This document shows, in pieces, positions 48,345 through 60,629 of a stretch of 64,000 bases of DNA. Origin of the DNA: Octopus bimaculoides (taxonomy: Eukaryota); assembly GCF_001194135.2 (NCBI RefSeq), contig NC_068985.1, positions 21,266,266 through 21,330,265 on the forward strand, in the 5' to 3' direction. How positions within the stretch are numbered: position 1 is the stretch's first letter; every line of letters begins with the position of its first letter. A program made the translations under genes and the position numbers. The notes below the pieces were generated by a model that saw only the letters and a list, made by a program, of their open reading frames with translations, ran no database searches and was not told where the DNA came from.

Positions 48345-48780
48345 CTGGAAAGTAGAAACAGTTTTAGAGAGTTTAGAAGATAAAATATGCTATTTCTTAC
48401 AAATTAATACAAAATTTGGAGAAATGTTCAATATTATGAAAACTGTTCAGCAGATTGTTTGCAAACCATTTAAACATTATCATTGGCTGGCTTATACTCT
48501 AGCTTTTATTGTGGTTGCATATTTTTTTAATTAAATTTCTGGTTCCCTTTTTAATAATTAATGTTCAAAAACCAAAGTGGCTATTCTAATTGAATAGGAA
48601 GAGAATTTGTCTCTGTTTTTTGTTTTTTTGGTATATTTTTTTTTTCTACAATCACCCAATGATAGAGTAACGTAACCTAAAGAGATGTCTAAGGGGAAAC
48701 TATAGAAAGACAAGAGAAAAGACAAGTGTGAGATGCAGGGAAGAGGTAGTAAATATAGAGATAGGGGTTGTGAAAAGAGA

Positions 48781-48836
48781 GTAAGTAGAAAATGTAAGAA
48801 TGTAAGTAGAAAATGTAAGAATGTAAGTAGAAAATG
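48781..48836. repeat. 21-bp tandem repeat (gtaagtagaaaatgtaagaat), about 2.7 units
   Basis: Direct reading of sequence. Confidence 0.9.
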
Positions 48837-49950
48837 GGATATAAAGAAGGGAGAGGTCCATACTGTATAAGCCATTTTTCTTTTCACGTGTACATTGTAA
48901 ACATTGAGGAGCTAAAAGCAAGTTTTTAATTTGTAAATGTAATATGATACTGTAGGAAATTTTTAATATAAATAATTTATATTAGAACATTTTTCATAGA
49001 AATTTTAAGTGAAAGTACAGAATATTTCGACTGTTTTTTATGAAAATTTCCATGAAATGTGCTTAATATGTTTCTAACTATATTCTTCTAGTAACTTTGA
49101 AATAATGATACAAGGAGTGTTACTACATAATCATAAAAGCTTAGTGTCATTCAAATAATACAACATAAAAGTAATTATTGCTAATATACTTCTGCCCAAA
49201 CTTCAAACTACTCATAATTGACATAATACATTAATTCCATACATTAATATACCTGATAGTTTTCATGAAGCAAGCCACTTGTAACTGACATTATTTGATG
49301 AACAAAATGAGCAATTACATTTGTTGAAGGCTGCTTGTTATCTGATATATTTGGAACATATCTTTATTGATCTTAATTAACCCTAGCTTTCACTAATTCA
49401 ACCTAAAACTTTCCCTGCCTTGAATTCAGCAGCATGACTTTCTCCTTCTCTCTCTATCTATCTCTCTCTTTTTCTCCCTGCCACATCACTCTTGTCATAT
49501 CCAATATCTATCCTGTGAAAAGGGAATGTACAACATCATAAGGGAGGAATTAGTCTTCTTTCTCCCATTGCTTCTGTCATAGTGCACCAAAATCAAGTCA
49601 ATAAATAGCATCCGGTAAAATCATTTGATTCAGTTTCAGAAAATGATAGCAGTTTGTCTCTCTTTAATCTGAGGGAAGAGCAGGTAGCCGGAAAGAAATT
49701 GAACAGTGCCTTTCAAATTTCAAGTGACTTGTTGCTGATAGTTTTTTTTTGTTTTGTTTTTTTTACAATTTCTTAGTTCATTTGCAGAGCTTCTAATTGA
49801 GAGAAATGTTATATTGTATCACCTGTTGCTATAAGAACTTTGATAAGTCTCACCCTTACTGCTTCTTAAAATGATTTAAAAAAAAAAAATATTTCTTGTC
49901 GCAGATACTTAAATATAATAATAGGTATGTGAGACTATTTGGATCCTTAC

Positions 49951-50005
49951 GATGTTAGGGTTTTTATAGTCTCTCCTATAGTTGCTTGCTGCAGGTTGAG
50001 TATAC
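49951..50005 (-). CDS. Candidate 55-nt exon of the same minus-strand gene
   Basis: gcatatttag| ... |GTAAGG. Frame ILNLQQATIGETIKTLT (phase 1 to 2) joins in frame to the 48205-48344 exon; a second frame (YTQPAASNYRRDYKNPNI) is also open. Confidence 0.4.
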
Positions 50006-51489
50006 CTAAATATGCTTTTTACTTTAGAATAACATTTGTATACTGTAAAATATTTTAATTTTTTCATATGTATTTATACATAGAATGTTCAACTGATCTC
50101 TTTTTCATACTTTGTAGAATTCCATGAAAACTACATATTAAAACTTAACTCCTACTCAAACTTATACATTTGTTTGATTAAATTTTAGAAAGTTATTAAA
50201 ATGGTGCTCCAGCATGACCACAACCACATGGCTGAATCACATAAAAGGAATAAAATGAAATATTTTTTCAGTTTTATAATTCCATGTAGTTGATTACTTT
50301 TTTGCCATTTTATCGTGTTTCTTAACCAAACAAAATTGGAGAATATTTTCACCAGAATCAGGCAGGCTTTATATTTGCAAGAATACTCAATTTATTATTG
50401 TTACTTTAGGACCAATGTACACTGGTCATGCAGACTTATGTCAAGAAGTTGTTAATAAATTCAACTCTATGGCTAGCTGTATGATTATGTTTCTGATGTA
50501 GCTGCCACATAATTTTCAAACTTTTTCAAAGATACATTATTTCTGTTGTTTTTGTATATAGAATATATTCATCAAAGAAACTTTGCACAGACTAAATTTA
50601 ACTTCTAAAATATCTTTACCATTTGCATTTGTAAAACACTGTAAATTTTATATTCTTTAGACCCTTTTATTAAAAGGAATTAATATTATTTATGCAAGAT
50701 ACTTTCACAAAGTTTATCAAAGCATCTCAAACTTGGAATGAAATATGTATCATTTCATCTAAATAACCACCCATTTATTTACTAATCTCATCCTAAAATT
50801 TTATCATATTCTCCTTTTTTTTTTATAAGAATTTTGCAGAAACAAGATTTTCTTGTGACTCTTCCATAGTTTAAATTTTTCTGAATCAGCTATTTTTTTT
50901 CTTCTTATGACGCCTTAGTTTGGAATGTATTTATCAGTTAGAACTATTATCATCTTGAAATATTTCTCAAATTTATTTTATGCATTTGGCTATCTTTAAA
51001 TAAAAACTACAACTTTGATAACTACTTAGTTAATAAATATATATTTTAGTTATTTGTATGTTGCTATGCTGCTGTTGAGGGTGATGATTGTTGTTAGTAC
51101 CTGTTAAGTACTGAGATTGATGTAATTAATTAGCCCTTTCCCCTATAATCGCTGGCCTTGTTCCAAAATTTGAAACAAATATTACTAGCACCGGGGGCAT
51201 ATCCCCCTCCATCCACATTTCAGGCCTTGTGCATATAATAGAAAGGATATTTATTATTATTATTATTATTATTATTGTGGCAAGCTGGCAGAATCATGAG
51301 CATGCCGGACAAAATGCTTAGCAGCATATCATTTGTCTTTACATTCTGAGTTCAAATTCTGCTGAAGTCAACTTTGCTTTTCATCCCTTCAGGGTTGATA
51401 AAATAAGTACCAGATGAGCACTGAGGTCAATGTAAGCAATTAGCCCCATCCTCCAAAATGCTGGCCTTGTGCCAAAATTTGAAACTATT

Positions 51490-51900
51490 ATCATTATTGT
51501 TTTACCTCTCAGAGTGCTCTGTTTTATTTGCTCTGGTTGATTCTGTGAGAGTGGGCAGCAACCTGTTGTCAGTGGTCTCACTGGGTCTCTTTCCACACTT
51601 TATATGCTTTGATACTTGGTTGTTAATGATCATGGGAGGCATTCAACATCCAAGTACAAATCTCAAAATCGTAGCTGTCACCAACAGAGCAGCTTTTGGG
51701 GCTTGCTCTGTTCTCATGTCAATTCCAATTTCTCTGAACTTGGTTGTTAGTGTTCCAAGTTCCCTACAACTACTGGAATGACAGACACTCTCCTCATAGA
51801 CCATTCTTTCAATTTCGTCTTTTAGTAGTCTGTACTTTTCAATCTTTTCTAGATTCTTGTCACTTATGCATGCATCCCAGGTATTGCAATATCTATAGAT
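51490..51900 (-). mobile_element. 3' end of R4/Dong-like non-LTR element (restriction-like endonuclease)
   Basis: IDIAIP.DACISDKNLEKIEKYRLLKDEIERM...VIPVVVG...EQAPKAALLVTATILRFVLGC*; PD-(D/E)xK-type RLE signature; flanked by (TAA/ATT)n. Confidence 0.75.
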
Positions 51901-51989
51901 TATTATTATTATTATCATCATTCAAAAGGTAGATGAGAGTGACAAGACTGGTGAGTGTGAATGGGCTTATCTTGAGTATTCTTTTTCAT

Positions 51990-52110
51990 GTAGGAATAAA
52001 GAAAGTGGAAACGGGCACTTTTAATGCTTTAGAAATGGTAGGGTAATCTGAGCCTTTTGTGTGAGATGGAGTGTGGGTTCCCTGAATTACCCTGCTGTTG
52101 GAGAACTTTT
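51990..52110 (-). mobile_element. Possible Tc1 transposase N-terminal HTH remnant
   Basis: SRVIQG...GSDYPTISKALKVPVST resembles the Tc1 G.GYKTISK.L.VP.STV motif; short and isolated. Confidence 0.3.
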
Positions 52111-52248
52111 CTTGTTTGAGTTTTATTGTTATGCTTTTCTTTTTAAAATTCTTTTTGATCAATATAAACCCCCACATTTTGTCCTTTTGTGTTGTTGCCA
52201 ATGCCTTGAGCCTTTATGACCAATAATAAAAAAAAATCATTATTATTA

Positions 52249-52288
<40 letters not shown>

Positions 52289-53464
52289 GGTTGTGAGCTG
52301 GCAGAAGCATTAGCACACCAGACAAAAAATGCTTAGCTTTCCATCCTTTCATGGGGAAGGGGAGTTCAATAAAATAAGTACCAGTTGAGCACTGGGATTA
52401 ATGTAATTGACTAGCCCCCCCTCCTCTCCAAAATTTTCAGACCTTGTATCTATTGTAGAAAGGATTATTATTATTATTCTATGTTTGACTTTTGCTTTGC
52501 ATTTGTACAAGTTGGATCCAAGTCTCACCCAGAGACCTCAAGAGACAACAAGTTAGAAGTTCATGCATTATTATTATTATTATTTTTATTATTATTATTG
52601 TTATCGTTAAGGCAAGCTGACAGAATCGTTAGCACACTGGACAAATTGTTAAGCAACATTTCATCCATCTTTACGTCCCAAGTTCAAATTCTGGTGTGGT
52701 CAACTTTACTTTCATCCTTTCGATATCGATAAATACCAGTTAAGCACTGGGGTTGATGTAATCAGCTAGCCCCTCCCCTCGAAATTCCAGGCTTTGAGCC
52801 AATAATAAAAAGGTTTGTTGTTGTTATTATTTGGATTGGTAGATTATCATTATTTTGGGGGTTGATAAATTAAGTACCAGTGAAACACTAGGGTTGATGC
52901 AATTGCCTTGTCCCCTCCTCCAAAATTTCAGGCCTTGTGCCTTTAGTAGAAAGGATATTATAATTATTATTATTATTTGATATGTTAGGAGGCATGGAGG
53001 AAAACTGCCTGCTACCTTGCTGTAATTTGAGTGTCAAAACATTTGTACAGGATGTGTTTATCGTAGCTGTTTTTCATATATTGTGTATCCATATTTAATA
53101 TACATAACATCACGCTGTGGCAAACGGATTGGTACACATGTTTGTTGAACTTTTTAAAATCCTTTATATTTATATACTCCTATGTGATGGCATGCAAACA
53201 GTGTTTTGTATGTAACTCTAAAAGTGAAAATTTAAGACAGTTGTATCAATTTCAAACATGTCTTATTTAATACATTCTTTCTTTATTTTTTTTTTCAATA
53301 TCTGCCAGTTAGGGGGATTACATTGAAATTAAATTTTGAAATTGGCCACAAGAAAGATGGTAGAAAAAGCTCAGGGTTGACTTAAATATATTGCAAGTTC
53401 CAAGTCCAAATTTCAGCAAAACCAACTTTGCCTTTAAATTCCCTACTAGTTATCAAATAATCAC

Positions 53465-53690
53465 CAATAATTGTCAGCATGTGACAGTTGTAAATGTGCA
53501 TCACCTTCATACAAGCAATATTGTTTGTTTCCAACCATCACTGGGAAAACATGTGTGACCATGGGAAATATTATCCTGCTTGGAAACAGGTGAGAGTTGG
53601 TGTCAGGAAGGATGTCCAGCCATAGAAAATTCCATCTGACACATGCAAGCATAGGGAAAATGAACATTTAATGATGATGATGATGATGTT
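53465..53690 (+). mobile_element. RTE-tail variant repeat
   Basis: ttggaaacaggtgagagttgg...ggaaggatgtccagccatagaaaatt...acatttaat(gat)n. Confidence 0.75.
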
Positions 53691-54568
53691 GACTATATTG
53701 TCCCTATTGTAAAAATTTAACCTTGTGCTTAATCAGGAAAAAAAAAAATCAATATTAGTCCGACCTATCTAAAATACAACTTTTCCAATAATAACTAATG
53801 TGTAGATTATAGAGTAGCTTGGCTTTAGTAAGAGACTGTTGTTGAATAGTTCCTAGTCAATTGTGTTTAAATAAACCTATGGCGCAGTAAAAGCCAATAA
53901 CCAATGCAGAAGTACTTTGGGAGTCCTATTTATGCAAATGTAAAATTTTTAGTATGTTTATTTGGCTGTGGCTATCTTTATTGTGGAATGAAATTTTGAA
54001 CTTAAATGTATTGACTCTACCTTAAAGACACCAGGGTACTAGTTGATTGAGATTTAGCTGCCACATTCAGTTGATCAAACAACTCAATGACTTGATAGGA
54101 GATGAACTATTTAGTGAATATTTCTAGGTTGTTCCTGTTTTTTGCACAAAGCATGAGACTTCTCAGAATTAATATTGTTAAATGAATGAATGACATAATG
54201 AGGTAAATTAGGACTATTTTATCATTTTAAACTCCAGATAATTGTATTGATGTAACACAATGTCCTTTCCTTTCATTGATTCTCTGGCACAATGAGACAT
54301 AGAGATGAAGGGAAATATATTTTGGTCACATATTCTAAGGGGTTTCTAAGTGAATGACACTCTGTAAAAGGCATATAATGAAGTAAATTATTTCCACCAT
54401 GCAGTTCGATACTTTCTACAGAAAAAACAAGATTAAACAGTCGAGAGTAATAATCTTCCCAAATTTCATCTACATGTAGTTAAAAGAAAAATATAATCCT
54501 TAATCAGTGTAAGTCATAAATCCTTTAAGCATGTTTATTAATCATTATTGTTGAGTATAACAACTTAC

Positions 54569-54689
54569 CCACAACTGTATTTGTAATTCTCTCCAGGATT
54601 CTGCTTTGCTTCAACAACGCCACTCATCTCCTTTTGGCATTTGTACTGTGCACAGGAATAACAGGAATCAGCATGACACAATGAGATAG
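54569..54689 (-). CDS. Candidate exon of unannotated secreted Cys-rich protein (end of signal peptide plus mature N-terminus)
   Basis: Minus-strand acceptor ttttccctctatttctacag| and donor gg|GTAAGT. Only one of three frames is open: ISLCHADSCYSCAQYKCQKEMSGVVEAKQNPGENYKYSC (phase 1 to 2, 121 nt). Confidence 0.6.
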
Positions 54690-54861
54690 CTGTAGAAATA
54701 GAGGGAAAATATACAATGGCTTAATGAAACAGCAATTGACATACATTACAAAACACTTATAGGGATAGAGGGTAAATATATTCTGAGATTTAATGAAACT
54801 GCTATAGAAATATGGAGAAAAAAGTACTATAGAAATATACAACATCCTTTCTACTAAAGAC

Positions 54862-55075
54862 ACAAGGCCTGAAATTTTGGGGGGTGGGGTGGAATAGTTG
54901 ATTACATCAACCCCACTGTTTCACTGGTACTTAATTTATCGACCCCAAAAGGATGAAAGGCAAAGTCCACCTCGGTGGAATTTGAACTCAGAACGTAAAG
55001 ATGGTCAAAATGCCACTAAGCATTTTGCCCAGTGTGCTAACAATTCTGCCATCTTGCCGCCTTATAGAAATGTAT
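54862..55075 (-). mobile_element. gagctggcagaa-head SINE, well preserved
   Basis: cacaaggcctgaaatttt...atcgaccccaaaaggatgaaaggcaaagtc.acctcgg.ggaatttgaactcagaacg...tgctaacaattctgccatcttgccgcc. Confidence 0.85.
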
Positions 55076-55262
55076 AATATCAGCACAGAAATAGAGAGAC
55101 ATAACAGATAATTAATATATTCATATAGTTTGCAATGTGGGAATAAAATAAAGGTAAAATGACTTTCATGCTTCAGTGGCCTTTCTACAAAAATATTTTC
55201 AAACTGTTTATAACTGGACCCACTGCATGCATTTTGGTGTGCTTTGGAACAACATATTTGAC

Positions 55263-55445
55263 CCTTTAGCATTTAAACTGGCCATGTCTGACCCAAATAC
55301 TCTACCTATTTTATGTTCAAACCAACCAGGTCTGGTTTTTTACACCTACTCTACAATGTCATTTTAAGATTAAACAGTCACTTCATAGAAATCTCAAAGC
55401 TACAAGATAGAGCCTGATTAATTCAAAACAATGTAAATAAATAAT
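55263..55445 (+). mobile_element. Second, 3'-eroded copy of the piggyBac-type MITE family
   Basis: ccctttagcatt...cccaaata...acacctactctacaatgtcatt...gattaattcaaaacaat is colinear with 47951-48130. Confidence 0.65.
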
Positions 55446-55489
55446 CATTTGATAAAATGAATTTTTATTAATAAAATTGCCAATCTTTA

Positions 55490-55990
55490 ATTGTGGAGAG
55501 AACATATGGAAGGGGTAGATCCAGGAAGATGTGGGACGAAGCGGTAAGAAAGGATCTTCAGATATTAGGCCTCACAGAGGAGATGACAAGGGACTGAAAC
55601 TTCTGGTGGTTTGCTGTGCTTGGGAAGAGACATCAAGCTAAGTAAAATCATGGCCATCCATGCACACAGGCATGTCCTCTACATAACTCTCTCATCTGAG
55701 AGATTCTAGTCTTGTAGGCTTGTGGATGCTGGTACCATGCAAAAGCATCTGTGCCAGTGTCACATAAAAACACCTGTGCCAAGGCCACATAAAAGTGCCC
55801 AGATTGATGTCATCTTAAATGCATCCAGTATACTCTGACTCTGTAAAGTGATTGGTGTTAGGAAGGGCATCTAGCTGTAGAAACCATGCTAAAACAGACA
55901 AATGGAGCCTGGACAACTCCCCAGCCTTATCAGCTCCTGTCAAACCGTCCAACCCATGCCAGCATGGAAAATGAGACGTTAAACGACGAC
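55490..55990 (+). mobile_element. RTE LINE 3' end: ORF C-terminus plus 3' UTR and tail
   Basis: VERTYGRGRSRKMWDEAVRKDLQILGLTEEMTRD...AVLGKR, followed by ggtgttaggaagggcatc...ccatgccagcatggaaa..cgttaaacgacgac. Confidence 0.8.
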
Positions 55991-57006
55991 ATAAAAAAAA
56001 TTTTTGTTTTCTTAATTTATCACAGTTTATTTATTTTCTTAAAGTTTTTTGATCAGAGATATAGTCATGGCAAAAATTTAAATACAAAATGTAACAAAAA
56101 CTACAAGCTTGTTTCAGAATACCATTGTATTTTCTTTGAACTAACTGCTTCAACTTCAATTAAGCCATAACAGTATGTAGTTGTTCTTTTTCTCATTTTA
56201 TCTAAGTCATTGCCAGTGTTCAACCATTCAAAATTAGTCTTGAACAAAAACAGATTTCCCAGATTACTATTTACTGAATAAATAATATGTCCTTTAAAGA
56301 GTTCAATCGAATTAGTTATAACTCTGGAATGTCTGATATCTTTAATAATTTAAAATCTTGAATGGTTCATTTATATGCAGACATTTTGGACAGCATAGGT
56401 TTTATATACTAACATTTTTTAAAGTACACACATTAGCCTTGTTTACAAGTGAATTGTAAATGTGAAGCATTTTATCATATGCCAACAGTTCTCAATTACA
56501 CTGAAATAACTTGGGTATTAAGAGAATTAGAAAATTGCTTTTAGTTCGGTCATCGAGAAAATAGTTTAAACAGAAACATATTAGTGTTGGTAAATGTGCT
56601 GGCACCCTGATAATATTTTTCTAGACAGTTGTCTTTGTTCAAAACTATAAGGCATTTTCTGTTAACTCTCTGAAGTCTAATGTAATTTCATAAATTTCCT
56701 TTCTGACTTGTGTATTTTTCTACTTTTCAAAGTGTTCTCACTTCCAAATCATTTTTCTCAATAGCTAGAATATATTTCTCTTGTGTTAATTTCAGGTAAA
56801 AATGTAGGCAGTAAAAAATGCTTAGAAATTTTACCCTTTTAATAATTTAGTCTGAAAGAAACAATCTTCGCCATTCTCCCCATCATTTCTCCTATTATGT
56901 AATGTTCATCTGATGTTGGTATGAAAACAAATATTGGGGATGTGTGTATGTAATCAATTTATAAAATACTGGATCTGAAATTTTGATTTCTTTTTTTTTT
57001 TTTTTA

Positions 57007-57380
57007 NNNNNNNNNNNNNNNNNNNNNNNNNNNNNNNNNNNNNNNNNNNNNNNNNNNNNNNNNNNNNNNNNNNNNNNNNNNNNNNNNNNNNNNNNNNNNN
57101 NNNNNNNNNNNNNNNNNNNNNNNNNNNNNNNNNNNNNNNNNNNNNNNNNNNNNNNNNNNNNNNNNNNNNNNNNNNNNNNNNNNNNNNNNNNNNNNNNNNN
57201 NNNNNNNNNNNNNNNNNNNNNNNNNNNNNNNNNNNNNNNNNNNNNNNNNNNNNNNNNNNNNNNNNNNNNNNNNNNNNNNNNNNNNNNNNNNNNNNNNNNN
57301 NNNNNNNNNNNNNNNNNNNNNNNNNNNNNNNNNNNNNNNNNNNNNNNNNNNNNNNNNNNNNNNNNNNNNNNNNNNNNNNN
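57007..57380. other. Assembly gap after poly-T
   Basis: N run preceded by gatttc(T)15a. Confidence 1.
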
Positions 57381-57937
57381 CTTTTAAGAAGCTATTTTTA
57401 TCCCCACCATTTTTAATTTTTTCATTTTATGTTATTTGCTCTAAAAATAATTGACCATTCTAATAATTTATAGTTTCTGATTAAATTGTAATATTCAGCT
57501 CAGTCAACCTCTATTAGTATCTGTAATATAATGGGAAGTTTTATGCTTGATAGTTTGTTAACATAAAATAATCTAAAGAGTCAATTTAAGAGAGAAAAAA
57601 AAAACCTTTAGAGATTTTTATTTACCATATCACTATCATGGTGACTCATTCTGAGATATTTGAAGGCCAGCTGACTTTCTTTGTGAACTGTGGGTAGGGG
57701 TAATCTTCTCCTTAAATGTAAATAACTACAAAAGGCAGTATTTTGGCTTTTGCTCACTTTATAAATTTTAAAATGATTAAATGTTAATCCATATTAACAC
57801 TTGATGCTTATCTCCAATGTACTATTTTTTAAGTTAGTTTAATATAGTTAGTTTCAGAGTTATCATTTAACCTCAGGTCAGCCTTAATTGAGCAGACTTA
57901 TGATCAAAAGTTTTCTAGCCATGACCATCCCATATTT

Positions 57938-57972
<35 letters not shown>

Positions 57973-58204
57973 GGAGTAGGATGACTCTGAGGGAGATTTT
58001 GCTGCTAGTTTTATCAAGTTGAATGACAGTATAGAGGCTCCTTTGTTGGTTAACTGTGATAATTGATATGAGCAAAAAATAAGACAGCAATTGAATGAAT
58101 TGGAAACCATGAAAGATGAAAATAGCTATGAGTTTATAGTTTGGAAAACAAACTGAACTAGAAGCCATCTTGGGAGCCCTCTACAAGATTGTTCTTCCTG
58201 CTAT

Positions 58205-58520
58205 AACTGGCATACTGTCAGTTATGATAAGAGTTCCAGTTGATCCAATCAATGGAACAGCCTGCTTGTGAAATTAATGTGCAAATGGCTAAGCACTCCA
58301 CAAACACATATACCCTTAACATAGTTCCCAGAGAGATTCAGCATGACATAGAATGTGACAAGGCTGGCCCTTTCAGTTACAGATACAACTCATTTATGCT
58401 GGCTGAGTGAACTAGAGCAACAAGAAATAAGGTGTCTTGCTCAAGGACTCAGTACATCACCATGAATCAAACTCACGACCTTATGATTGTAAGCCAAATA
58501 CCCTAACCAGTGAGCCACAC
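58205..58520 (-). mobile_element. tRNA-derived SINE related to 30183-30515
   Basis: Minus: gtgtggctcactggttag...gagtttgattc...ccttgagcaagacaccttatttc..gctctagttcactcagc. Confidence 0.75.
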
Positions 58521-59954
58521 ATCTTTTACTTGCTCTGTACAGCAGTAAACAACAATCAGATTCTTAATTACTTTGTTGTGATTTTACTTTGTAAGAGAGA
58601 AATGCATGATTCTGAAAGATCTGGTATATTTGTTAGTCTAAATTTATAAAGAACACTGATAAACCATAAACATGAGTAATTTATTCAGGGTGACTTCTGC
58701 CTTGAAGGTGACAAGAAAATGTTCAGACATACTAACACCAATATTTATTGTATTATATCGAATTTGAGAAGCACATGAGGATTTATATATATATCTATAT
58801 ATTTTAAGATTAATCAACATAATCAAGCCTAGAGGCTTGTTTGTTTTTCAGCCTGGAGTGTTGCTGCATTTTTGTTTGCATATTTTAAAAATGGTGAATA
58901 AGCTAGATGAGTAGGATACTGTATATCTAAAATTCACTTTCTTTTTGAAATGTGAAAAAAAAGGGAAAAAAACTGTCATAGAAACTGATAAACTGACAGA
59001 AAAAGAACCAAACTATGAGGCTCTGCTTTTACTCAATACAGTATATACGTTTCTTCAGTGGACTTATTTCTCTTTTTTGTCCCGAACTAGTGCTTATAAT
59101 ATCTAATATCACTTTACATTAAAACCATAATAGTTAATTCATTCTTAATAAATAGGCTACAATTATTATTTTGTTTTTTTTTTCTTTGTTTTTTTACATA
59201 GTTCAGTTTTTGTCATAGTTCAGTATTTGTTCAGTTGAAATAAAAATATTAATTTTTGTATCAGGATAGCAACATTTTGTTGCTTCCTTTATCTAATTTT
59301 GCTTAACTTAAACTGTGTTCTAAACTAAAGAGAAAATCGTAGTTTAGTTAACCTATAGATTGGTTTACAATTTCTTGCATGGATGAAGGAAACAGTTCTG
59401 GGTTACACACGAGTGTGAGTCATTATAAAATGTGTGATATGTTTACTATTTAATGAAGAAAGTTTTTAATTTCTATTAAATGCTAAGTTATTATTAGTAA
59501 AAGTGATTAAAACTGAATGTAATTTGGCTGAGAAATGTGATATTCTGATATTCCTTGCATGCAAGAGGATTGAAAGTGAACAAGTAAACATAGACTTGGC
59601 CCAATTAAGAAATCACTCTTTCAACTTGAAGCCATCAAAGTAAATTAAATGTATATCTCTCAGCAGAGACTATCTAAAATATAATTGAGTGCAAATCTAA
59701 TTATTATGCCTAAACATTTGTATAAGCACATGATTTAAATTCACCATTCATAATGAAATTTCGGTTATTCTTTGATATCACTTGACGTAATCCAAATAAA
59801 AATGTGCTTTGGCATAAAAGTGTATGTACTGTGCTAAGATCAGAATCTGATATGTGGATATTTGGAAGTTCTTATAAAAGAATCATCCTTGACATTTTGC
59901 CAATGATTCTGTCTAGTTTCAATCCTTCCAGTGAGACATCATAACCTCTGATTT

Positions 59955-60100
59955 TTATATATTAGCATGGGTTGGATAGGGGTTGCAGTATGGCTTAAAG
60001 CCATTCTTCAAAATTCTGCATTGTCTGTGAGTCCCAACATCTCTAATCTTCACCTTGCTATCTTCCCATGTCTGTCTTAACCTTCTTCTGCTATGGGCAC
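59955..60100 (-). mobile_element. RTE LINE 3' end fragment
   Basis: AEGAHSRRRLRQTWEDSKVKIRDVG... followed by the tail motif atccaacccatgctaa. Confidence 0.5.
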
Positions 60101-60597
60101 CTTCTGCAAAATTAAATGCCTTGACATTTAAATTATTGCACAAGAATAATTTGAAACGACTGAAGAAAAATTTTTAAACCTTAACAACTCAATTGCTGAC
60201 AGCATGTATACATAGGTGACATTTTCAAAATTATTGTCTGTAACAAGTTATTTTATTTCTTTGGAAATAATAACTTCTCAGAACAACATATACAAATTGT
60301 TATTGTGACTGATTATAAAAACACATGACAGTATTTACATTTTCAGAGTCAGTAAAATTAATGATGGAAAACTAGCTGTTCAGTCTAGAAACATAGATCT
60401 CACAAAAAATTTGTCATTAGGTATCTAGTTCAAAGTAGTCTCACTTGTTGAGACGAGAAAACTTAGACAGCTTTTCTCTGCAACAGTTGAAGTATGTAGA
60501 ATATATATGTGCCTGAGTAAAGAATGATTAAGTACATATCCAGTACAACTAAATGTGGAAGTTTGATCCATTTTTACTTTATAAAATAATTAATACA

Positions 60598-60629
<32 letters not shown>

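Larger units (their letters stand above)
51090..52980 (+). mobile_element. Cluster of at least five same-orientation copies or fragments of the gagctggcagaa-head SINE, separated by (ATT)n
   Basis: Heads at ~51277, ~52290 and ~52610; 3' fragments at ~51090-51250 and ~52855-52970; all end ccttgt...agaaagga + (att)n. Confidence 0.8.

Noticed and set aside
50410-50478. + strand 69-nt exon-like segment (phase 0 DQCTLVMQ..., phase 1 GPMYTGHADLC...) as the next MINDY exon
   Set aside because: Splice signals are plausible but neither frame resembles LYLLVTDQGF.
55080-55125. MNILIICYVSLFL as the missing signal-peptide exon of the minus-strand gene
   Set aside because: Would give an attractive 20-aa signal peptide but needs a GCTGAT donor, far from the GC-AG consensus.
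57978-58210. Coding-looking + frame DDSEGDFAASFIKLNDSIEAPLL...YEQKIRQQLNELETMKDE
   Set aside because: Two in-frame stops and no recognisable family; probably an old transposon or pseudogene scrap.
58852-58893. 42-nt + strand exon-like segment (AWSVAAFLFAYFKN)
   Set aside because: Good acceptor but not phase-compatible with the 60347 candidate and no homology; such signals arise by chance in AT-rich introns.
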